From a virus (lineage: Duplodnaviria > Heunggongvirae > Uroviricota > Caudoviricetes), in IMG/VR virus record IMGVR_UViG_2778261544_000009: DNA of 35,624 nt. One strand, written 5' to 3'. Shown here piece by piece: positions 28,675 to 35,624 of the stretch. The notes beneath the pieces are model-generated. The model was not told the origin of the DNA. It saw only the letters and a program-made list of their open reading frames with translations, and searched no databases. The number at the start of each line of letters is the position of its first letter. The stretch's first letter is position 1. Both the position numbers and the translations under genes were made by a program.

Positions 28675-29670
28675 ATGTTTCATGTGGATAATCCGACGGG
28701 TGTACCGGTAATGCCACCTGTCGCGGCTGAATACAGTAAAACAACGCTTTATTTCACTGAAGGCGGGAACGGTATTCCGCCCACTTATCCGGGGCCGGAC
28801 TGGTTTAATATCATGCAGTCCGAAATGCTGGAAATTCTCCGGCAGGCAAATATCAAACCGGACAAAAACACGACCAACCAGATTATGACGGCGCTGAAAA
28901 AGCTGTTTATCACGAACAGTGGTTCAGCCGGAGCTATTGCCGGATTAACCGGTCAGAATAATACATTCCCGTATTTTACCGGCGAAGACACAATGGCATT
29001 AACGCCGCTCAGTGCTTTTGTGCGCAGTATTCTCGGGAAAACCACAGCCAGCGAATTTATTAAAGCAATTGGCCTGTCACCGGACACCCTTTTATCAAAA
29101 GGACGGGTGACAGCATTAAGCGGCACAGCACAGGGACATGCAGGGCTGCAGATGTATGAAGCGTACAACAACGGCTACCCCACCACTTATGGCAATGTTC
29201 TGCACCTGAAAGGCGCGACAGCATCAGGCGAAGGTGAACTGCTGATTGGCTGGAGTGGTACGAGTGGAGCGCATGCCCCTGTTTATATCCGTTCAAGACG
29301 TGATTCTGCAGATGCCAGCTGGTCCGAATGGGCACAGGTGTATACATCAAAAGACAGCTTCAACGCAGCAACCGCCACCAAACTACAAACCGCCCGCAGG
29401 ATTAACAATGTGCTGTTTGATGGCACCAGCGATATCACCATCAGCAGCACCGATTCCGGCGCTGTGCGTGATTTCAGATACACCAGCGAAGTGTTTCACA
29501 ATCCTGGTGGTAACGAAATTTCCTGGGTATTCCGTGCGCCTTCAGGTTGTATTTTGTCAGGTATTAACGTTCAGGATACTGGCAGAAGTTCTGCGGATAA
29601 CATCGGCGGCGTGTATTACAAACAAACTCAGATTTATATCAATGGTGGATGGCGCACGGTATCCGGCTAA
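28675..29670 (+). CDS. Tail fiber protein (first fiber)
   Basis: 331 aa; N-terminus MFHVDNPTGVPVMPP...GIPPTYPGPDWFN resembles conserved tail-fiber N-termini; followed by a fiber assembly gene. Confidence 0.7.
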   Translation: MFHVDNPTGVPVMPPVAAEYSKTTLYFTEGGNGIPPTYPGPDWFNIMQSEMLEILRQANIKPDKNTTNQIMTALKKLFITNSGSAGAIAGLTGQNNTFPYFTGEDTMALTPLSAFVRSILGKTTASEFIKAIGLSPDTLLSKGRVTALSGTAQGHAGLQMYEAYNNGYPTTYGNVLHLKGATASGEGELLIGWSGTSGAHAPVYIRSRRDSADASWSEWAQVYTSKDSFNAATATKLQTARRINNVLFDGTSDITISSTDSGAVRDFRYTSEVFHNPGGNEISWVFRAPSGCILSGINVQDTGRSSADNIGGVYYKQTQIYINGGWRTVSG

Positions 29671-29684
29671 TTAAGGAGAAAATA

Positions 29685-30215
29685 ATGGAACTCAGAAACG
29701 TCACGCGTTATTACCCGGAAGAGATGCCTTATGGTGAAAACATTCAGTATTTCCGCAGTGAAGACGGACAGGATTTTTATGAATCACTGGATAAATTCAC
29801 GAAGAAATACAAATTGTGTATTCACCCTGAAAGCGGCGTGATTTATTCAATGGCGGAAGACGTGTCCCGTCTTTATCCGGCTGGCTTCACCATTGTGGAA
29901 GTGGATGAACTGCCGGAAGGTTTTGGCATTGAAGCCAGCTGGTATTACAAAGACGGCGAAGTGCTGCCGGTTCCTGTTGATTACTCGCGACTGGCAGAAA
30001 AAAAACGCCAGAGCCTGCTGAATGAAGCGAAGGACATCACCTCCGACTGGAAAACCGAGCTGGAGCTGGGCACCATCAGCGACGATGATAAAGCCCGTCT
30101 TACGCAGTGGATGGCATATATCAAAGCGGTAAAGGCACTGGATTTAAGCACCGTTACTGACGAAGCCTCCTTTTACTCCATCAACTGGCCGGAGCGTCCC
30201 GATGCCGCAGCTTAA
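29685..30215 (+). CDS. Tail fiber assembly protein (Tfa/U-like)
   Basis: AAGGAG RBS then ATG at 29685; ends ...INWPERPDAAA, typical of Tfa chaperones. Confidence 0.7.
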   Translation: MELRNVTRYYPEEMPYGENIQYFRSEDGQDFYESLDKFTKKYKLCIHPESGVIYSMAEDVSRLYPAGFTIVEVDELPEGFGIEASWYYKDGEVLPVPVDYSRLAEKKRQSLLNEAKDITSDWKTELELGTISDDDKARLTQWMAYIKAVKALDLSTVTDEASFYSINWPERPDAAA

Positions 30216-33200
30216 AGGTGTGATTAAAACGCCCACGGGAGAACCGCTGGGCGGCGCAACAATTACACTGACCTCCCTGCACAACCGTGCAGGGATTCTG
30301 AAAAGTGTTTTCAGCCATGTCACCACACAGAGCGGGGAGTACGACTTCCCCGTTCTGCCGGGTGTGTACAGCGTTCGCCTGACACAAAGCACACAGCGCC
30401 TTTCAGAAATCGGTGTCATCCGCGTTTATGAGGATTCAGCGGACGGTTCGCTGAATGATTTTCTGGGCGCAACCGATATTGACCTGCGCCCGGAAGCCCT
30501 GAAGAAATTCGAGGAACTGGCGCAACAGGCGCAGCAAAGCGCAGAAAAAGCAGGAGAGCACGCCACCGCTGCTGAACAGGCCCGCCAGGATACAGAAACG
30601 CTCGCCTGGGAAATACAGCAGGATGCAGAAGAAATTGCGGGTAATGTGCAGAAAGCTGAAGAGCTGGCCTCTGAAACAAACCAGAATGCCGCCCGCGCAG
30701 AGCAGGCTGTCAAGGATGCTGACGCGATAGTCCAGAAAGCGGTCGATAAACTTGCTGATGCTGCAACGCTGACCGGCGAGGCAAAAGCCAGCGCCGAAGC
30801 GGCAGCAAAAAGCGAACAGAACTCGAAACAGCACAGGGACGAGGCGCAACGGATAGTTGATGACCTGAAGGGAAGCAATGCCTCCACGACGGAAAAAGGC
30901 CTGGTGCAACTCTGTAGTGATACAGACAACGACAGCGAAGAACTGGCAGCCACACCAAAGGCTGTCAAAACCGTCATGGACGAGACGAAAACAAAAGCTC
31001 CACTGGACAGCCCGGTGTTCACCGGCACGCCAACCACACCAACCCCACCGGATGATGCAGTCGGTCTGGAAACCGCGAACGCGGCATTTGTTCGCAAACT
31101 GCTCGCCGCACTGGTTGACTCGTCACCGGAAGCCCTGGACACACTGAATGAGCTGGCAGCGGCGCTGGGCAATGACCCGGAGTTCGCGACAACAATCATG
31201 AACGCGCTGGCGGGTAAACAACCACTCAGTGACGTGTTAACCGCAATCAGTAATCTGGAAGAACGGGCAGATAATCTTCTGTGCTTTAATCAGGACGGGA
31301 ATGCTTCACTGTCTCCGCTGTCAGAAAAAGCCCGGTCACTGCTGGCACAGGCCACAGTGGAAGCCATGCGCAATGAGCTTGAGCTGAAAAGCGCGGCGGT
31401 AAAGGACATTCAGACAGACCTTTACGACAGCTCGGAAGGCCGTGTTGCGCTGCCTGGTGCATTTGGTTACGGAATGACGGACGCCGGAGCGCGTTCAATT
31501 ATTGCCAGCGATATGGCGACTGTAGCCAGAACTGCGCACAACCTGCACCCGGGACGGTATTACACCTTTTCCACACAAACGGAAGAGACGACCGGAATAA
31601 CAGAAATTATCTGGCTGGATAATGGCTGGGGCGACAAAACAAGCCAGACAGCAACAAAGCTGGTTCTGTTTTTTGGAAAAGACGGACGGATTCTTATGAC
31701 CGTTCGTGGCGATAATATCTCCGCCCCGGTCACCTGGACGAATCTGACGCTACAACTGGGCAATGCAGCACAGAAGGATGCACAGGAGAATATTTACGAC
31801 CGCACCGAAGGCCGTCTGGCGATTCCCGGCATGTTTGGATTCGGGAAAGTATTTTCCAGCGGCGACAGGACCGAATTTAAAACAGAGGCCGATTTTCTCC
31901 GCTGGGTAAAAACAGCAAAACCCGGTCGTTATGTCGTTTATGGCGCAGATAAAGTGATTCCCGGAGTCCTGTTCAGCGGCACCGTTGAAATTATCTGGCC
32001 GGAACCTCAAACCAACTCCAATCCGGTATATGTGGCCAAAATCATTATTTTTTACGGTATTAACGGCCATATTTATTACAATCGCTACTGGACTACCGGA
32101 GATGGTTATCTGGTTGGCTGGGAAAACCTGAAAGTCAACGAGGCTTCACTCCGGGCACTGATTGAAACCCGCGCGCCACTGAACAGCCCGGCACTGACCG
32201 GAACGCCGTCCACGCCAACACCACCAGATGATGCAGCAGGTAATGAAATAGCCAATGCGGAGTTTGTCCGCAAACTGCTTGCCGCGCTGGTTGGCTCATC
32301 ACCGGAAGCCCTGGACACGCTGAACGAACTGGCGGCGGCACTGGGCAATGACCCGAACTTTGCGACAACAGTCACTAATGCACTGGCAGGTAAACAGCCG
32401 CTTAATGACGTGTTAACGGCTGTCAGCCAGATAACACCGGAAGAAAACACACTGCCTTATTTCAGTGAAGAGGGCCGGATTTTACTGGCGCAGCTGTCAG
32501 AAAAAGCCCGCGCATTACTGGCACTGGACACACCTGAGGCCATGCGCACGGAGCTTGAACTGAAAGCGGCTGCGACGATGGAGCCCCAGAGCGATATCCG
32601 CGACCGCACACCAGGCAGACTGGCACTGTCCGGCATGTACGGATTCGGTCAGGCATTTGCCAGCACCGACGCCCTGACATTTACCGGACAGGCTGATTTT
32701 GCTGAATGGCTGAAAGAGGCCACCCCGGGGCGTTATGCGGTCAGTATTGCGGACTCTTCCACGCTGCTGGCTGGCACCACGAAATTTAACGGCATCATTG
32801 ATGTGATGTGGTCGCCCTTTGATAACGATGAATCGGACACAACGCGTAAATTCAAAACGTTGCTGTGTTTTAACCAGTATTACGAAGGCGAACACAGCAT
32901 TCATCGCCTGACTTACCGCTGGAGTGGAAACAACTGGAATGCAACAGTAAGCCCTGTCATTTACGACGGCGATTCGCTGGCGTTCTTACTCTCCCGGACA
33001 GCAGGCTCAGGCTCATATTACAAATATCCGGCAGTTGGTGTGCCGGTTATGGCGGCATATCAGGGGGAAAGTTTTGGTGCTGATGTGTCTCTGGGACTCG
33101 GTGATATTGTGCCGGGTTCCCGTCTTGGCCCTCTGGCTATGAGTGCTTCAGTTAGCGATACAGGGACATACGTATCCACACCGCAAGTGGCAATTGGTGG

Positions 33201-33306
33201 TGCCAGTGCATACAACTTTCCCGGTCGTTATATGGCGCTTTCGGGGTCACGCAGTAATCACGATACAAAACGTGGCTATATTGGTCTTTTTGTGCGTATC
33301 GAGTAA
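30202..33306 (+). CDS. Side tail fiber protein (lambda Stf / P2 H-like), 1034 aa with internal repeats
   Basis: N-terminus GVYSVRLTQ...IRVYEDSADGSLNDFLGA matches the Stf-family N-domain; two copies of the LAATPKAVK...APLxSPxxTGTPTTPTPPDD...LVDSSPEALDTLNELAAALGNDP collar repeat; three GRLAxPGxFGFG...PGRY tip-like modules. Confidence 0.85.
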   Translation: MPQLKGVIKTPTGEPLGGATITLTSLHNRAGILKSVFSHVTTQSGEYDFPVLPGVYSVRLTQSTQRLSEIGVIRVYEDSADGSLNDFLGATDIDLRPEALKKFEELAQQAQQSAEKAGEHATAAEQARQDTETLAWEIQQDAEEIAGNVQKAEELASETNQNAARAEQAVKDADAIVQKAVDKLADAATLTGEAKASAEAAAKSEQNSKQHRDEAQRIVDDLKGSNASTTEKGLVQLCSDTDNDSEELAATPKAVKTVMDETKTKAPLDSPVFTGTPTTPTPPDDAVGLETANAAFVRKLLAALVDSSPEALDTLNELAAALGNDPEFATTIMNALAGKQPLSDVLTAISNLEERADNLLCFNQDGNASLSPLSEKARSLLAQATVEAMRNELELKSAAVKDIQTDLYDSSEGRVALPGAFGYGMTDAGARSIIASDMATVARTAHNLHPGRYYTFSTQTEETTGITEIIWLDNGWGDKTSQTATKLVLFFGKDGRILMTVRGDNISAPVTWTNLTLQLGNAAQKDAQENIYDRTEGRLAIPGMFGFGKVFSSGDRTEFKTEADFLRWVKTAKPGRYVVYGADKVIPGVLFSGTVEIIWPEPQTNSNPVYVAKIIIFYGINGHIYYNRYWTTGDGYLVGWENLKVNEASLRALIETRAPLNSPALTGTPSTPTPPDDAAGNEIANAEFVRKLLAALVGSSPEALDTLNELAAALGNDPNFATTVTNALAGKQPLNDVLTAVSQITPEENTLPYFSEEGRILLAQLSEKARALLALDTPEAMRTELELKAAATMEPQSDIRDRTPGRLALSGMYGFGQAFASTDALTFTGQADFAEWLKEATPGRYAVSIADSSTLLAGTTKFNGIIDVMWSPFDNDESDTTRKFKTLLCFNQYYEGEHSIHRLTYRWSGNNWNATVSPVIYDGDSLAFLLSRTAGSGSYYKYPAVGVPVMAAYQGESFGADVSLGLGDIVPGSRLGPLAMSASVSDTGTYVSTPQVAIGGASAYNFPGRYMALSGSRSNHDTKRGYIGLFVRIE

Positions 33307-33320
33307 CGGGGAAATAAGAC

Positions 33321-33896
33321 ATGAAAATCAGAGCGATAAAAGGCATCAGAAATGCCCATTATCTCGAAAATGGTGCGGTTGACTGCGAGGTGTTATTTGA
33401 AGGTGAAACGGAATTCGTCCCGTATACCGCCATGCAGGATGATACCGCAATGACAGGCCAGCGCATCTGGGAAGAGTTACAGAGCGGCAAATGGGGTGAA
33501 ATCGCCCCGTTTACAGTCACGCCTGAACTTATCGCAGCGGCAAAAGATGCCAAAAAGATGGAAATCGAGGCGTGGCGCACAGAACAGGAGGCGCAGCCGT
33601 TCACGTTCGAATGGAACGGCCGCCCTTGGAATGCTGGCCCCGACTCACTGGCCCGTCTTTATCCGGTAGTAATGGCGGCGAAATCCGATACGGCAAGAAC
33701 CGCCCTTGCGTGGGGTGACGCCAATAATCAACAGGTGAAACTGTCAATGTCGGAACTGGAAGAACTGGCGGTAGCAATGGCGCAGGCGCAGCTCGATCGC
33801 AATGACGGGATTTATCAGCGCCAGCGTGAAATGAAGGAGCAGCTTTCCCGGCTGTCCATACTGGACGAGGTGAGAGCGTTAACTGTCGGTGATTAA
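33321..33896 (+). CDS. Putative tail fiber assembly/chaperone protein (second)
   Basis: 191-aa ORF immediately downstream of the large fiber gene. Confidence 0.55.
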   Translation: MKIRAIKGIRNAHYLENGAVDCEVLFEGETEFVPYTAMQDDTAMTGQRIWEELQSGKWGEIAPFTVTPELIAAAKDAKKMEIEAWRTEQEAQPFTFEWNGRPWNAGPDSLARLYPVVMAAKSDTARTALAWGDANNQQVKLSMSELEELAVAMAQAQLDRNDGIYQRQREMKEQLSRLSILDEVRALTVGD

Positions 33897-34019
33897 ATAA
33901 TCAGTTTGTATAGTTTATGACGATCGATAACATCATATCGATCGTCGGTTTGCATCGGTTGTGATTAAATACCCCCAGCCCTCCGGGCGGTCATGTCTGG
34001 TTATTACACAGGGGGAATC
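33897..34019. promoter_or_regulatory. mom-operon regulatory region with GATC-containing inverted repeat
   Basis: Perfect 11-bp inverted repeat GACGATCGATA-N6-TATCGATCGTC at 33919-33946 carrying two GATC sites; CCCCC...GGGGG elements nearer the com start. Confidence 0.6.
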
Positions 34020-34205
34020 ATGGACTCTGTTCGCTGTAAAAACTGCAATAAATTACTGTTTAAAGGAGGTTTTAAGCATATAGAAATTAAATGCCCTCGC
34101 TGTAAACGTTACATTGTCATATCGAATGCCAAAGAGCATCCCACGGAGCTGTATTGTGGGAAAAGAGAAGAAATCACGCATTCTGACAAAACCCTGCGTT
34201 ATTGA
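34020..34205 (+). CDS. com: Com zinc-finger translational activator of mom
   Basis: 61 aa, CKNCNKLLF...CPRCKR zinc finger ending ...[10 protein letters not shown]; AGGGGGA RBS. An alternative ATG lies at 33993. Confidence 0.85.
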   Translation: MDSVRCKNCNKLLFKGGFKHIEIKCPRCKRYIVISNAKEHPTELYCGKREEITHSDKTLRY

Positions 34206-34851
34206 GTATGAAGGCCGGATTGTCGGCTATGGTTCAAAGGAGCTGCGCGTTGAAACCATATCCTGCTGGCTGGCCCGCACAATCATTCAGACAAAACACT
34301 ATTCCCGCCGTTTTGTGAATAACTCCTACCTGCATTTGGGCGTATTCAGCGGACGTGATCTGGTTGGTGTTCTTCAGTGGGGATATGCCCTTAACCCCAG
34401 CTCAGGGCGTCGTGTTGTGCTGGAAACGGATAACCGGGGCTATATGGAACTGAACCGCATGTGGCTACACGACGACATGCCCCGCAATTCTGAATCACGG
34501 GCCATCAGCTACGCGCTGAAAACCATCAGGTTACTGTACCCGTCAGTGGAGTGGGTTCAGTCCTTTGCAGACGAACGCTGCGGACGTGCTGGCATGGTAT
34601 ATCAGGCGTCGAATTTTGATTTTATAGGCAGCCACGAAAGCACGTTCTACGAACTGGACGGCGAGTGGTATCACGAGATAACGATGAACGCGATTAAGCG
34701 CGGAGGACAACGAGGCGAGTATTTACGGGCTAATAAGGAGCGGGCCGTGGTACACAAATTTAATCAGTATCGCTACATCAGATTCCTGAACAAGCGCGCA
34801 AAAAAGCGCCTAAACACTAAGCTATTCAGGGTTCAGCCATACCCGAAGTGA
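34126..34851 (+). CDS. mom: Mom DNA-modification protein
   Basis: Overlaps the 3' end of com, as in Mu. Start uncertain: TTG at 34114, ATG at 34126, or GTG at 34156. Confidence 0.8.
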   Translation: MPKSIPRSCIVGKEKKSRILTKPCVIEYEGRIVGYGSKELRVETISCWLARTIIQTKHYSRRFVNNSYLHLGVFSGRDLVGVLQWGYALNPSSGRRVVLETDNRGYMELNRMWLHDDMPRNSESRAISYALKTIRLLYPSVEWVQSFADERCGRAGMVYQASNFDFIGSHESTFYELDGEWYHEITMNAIKRGGQRGEYLRANKERAVVHKFNQYRYIRFLNKRAKKRLNTKLFRVQPYPK

Positions 34852-34871
34852 TCCCACTTAATGAATAAAAA

Positions 34872-34896
34872 AGCAGCGGTAAATGCCGCTGTTTTA
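34872..34896 (+). terminator. Terminator-like hairpin after mom
   Basis: Stem CAGCGG / loop TAAATG / CCGCTG followed by TTTTAT. Confidence 0.5.
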
Positions 34897-34976
34897 TCTT
34901 GAATAACTTCCATATGCGCGCTTCTGGCTTATCTTGAAAGAATTCCATATCTATCTTGAATAATTTTGCGCGCTTT
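34891..34976. repeat. Right-end (attR) terminal repeats, putative transposase binding sites
   Basis: Three direct copies of ATCTTGAA(T/A)A at 34895, 34930 and 34953; GCGCGCTT at 34915 and 34969. The phage sequence ends ...TTTTGCGCGCTTT(A) against host DNA. Confidence 0.6.
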
Positions 34977-35624
34977 AGTTTCTCTGGCGCGCTCCGTAAA
35001 CCCCGGGAACAGAGGCAGCTTGATTTCCCGACACATCTGAATGGCAAAGTGTTCTGCCATCAGCATAATGTCGCTTTCGCGCTCGCGCAGGGGCGGCAGT
35101 TGCACTACATCGAAAGCCAGCCGGTCGAGCAGGTCAGCGCGAAAATTACCTTCATTGACCATCGCCGGGAGATCGGCATTCGTCGCGCATACCAACCGCA
35201 CATTCACCTGCAATGGCTGGCTGCCGCCAACGCGCTCCAGTTCACCGTACTCAATCACACGCAATAATTTCTCCTGCACCATCATCGGTGCCGTAGCGAG
35301 TTCATCAAGAAATAGCGTACCGCCGTCGGCACGTTCAAATCTCCCTGGATGACGTTTTTGCGCACCGGTAAACGCGCCCGCTTCGTGACCAAACAGTTCG
35401 GAATCCAGCAGATTTTCATTTAACGCCGCGCAGTTAAGGGAAATAAACGGCCCCTGCCAACGGGAGGAGAGATAATGCAGACGGCTGGCAATCAGCTCTT
35501 TACCTGTGCCGCGCTCGCCGATGATGAGCACCGGTTTGTCCAGCGGTGCGAGATGCGAAACCTGTTCCAGCACTTCGAGAAAGCTGTTCGCCTCACCGAG
35601 TAAATTATCTTTGTATTCTGCCAT
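34977..35624 (-). pseudogene. pspF: Host pspF (sigma-54 activator of the phage-shock operon), 3' end truncated by the prophage
   Basis: The N-terminal ~216 aa (MAEYKDNLLGEANSFLEVLEQ...GERGTGKE...GFTERARET) match my recollection of E. coli PspF; after ERARET the frame runs 15 codons into phage DNA to a stop at 34929. Confidence 0.85.

Larger units (their letters stand above)
1..34976. mobile_element. Mu-like transposable prophage, right arm complete; left end lies upstream of the window
   Basis: Contiguous Mu-type gene order (repressor, ner, DDE transposase, B ATPase, gam, mor, head, tail, com, mom). The right boundary is placed where the PspF reading frame stops matching host protein at about 34,976/34,977. 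Confidence 0.85.

Noticed and set aside
30426-31199. 257-aa Ala/Ser-rich minus-strand ORF, and a similar one at 32,106-32,450
   Set aside because: These are the antisense image of the A/Q/E-rich repeats within the large fiber gene, and they recur at both repeat copies, as expected for an artefact.
28675-34019. Invertible G-segment with gin, or a diversity-generating retroelement targeting the fibers
   Set aside because: No serine recombinase or reverse transcriptase ORF exists in any frame, both fiber modules are co-oriented, and the fiber repeats are diverged intragenic duplications rather than a template/variable repeat pair.
1-35624. CRISPR array, tRNA/rRNA genes, integrase/att core
   Set aside because: No spaced direct-repeat arrays or tRNA-like structures were seen, and the element carries a DDE transposase plus B ATPase rather than an integrase.

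Overview
The window is almost entirely one Mu-like transposable prophage (about 35 kb), running from its immunity repressor at the window start to its right end at about 34,976, where it interrupts the host pspF gene (minus strand, 34,977-35,624). Gene order is Mu-like: repressor / ner / DDE transposase A / AAA+ B / a block of small early genes including Gam, GemA-like and Mor / terminator / lysis cassette / terminase / portal / F / I / major head / tail sheath-tube-chaperone-tape measure / baseplate / tail fibers / com-mom. There are no tRNA, rRNA or CRISPR features and no integrase. The points that depart from canonical Mu, as I recall it, are: (1) no gin invertase or invertible G segment, but two co-oriented fiber+chaperone pairs, the second a 1,034-aa lambda Stf / P2 H-like fiber with three tandem tip-like domains; (2) a lysis cassette built on a soluble GH108-type endolysin rather than a SAR lysozyme; (3) no separate C-like late activator between mor and the lysis genes, yet the same ~40-bp hairpin-plus-T-run element sits in front of both the lysis operon and the head gene I; (4) a structured F-I intergenic region with three TTTTGAAGG direct repeats; (5) a probable -2/+1 frameshift site in the tail assembly chaperone; (6) a GATC-bearing inverted repeat upstream of com-mom. 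All protein identifications rest on motifs read from the supplied translations and on recalled family knowledge; no database search was run.
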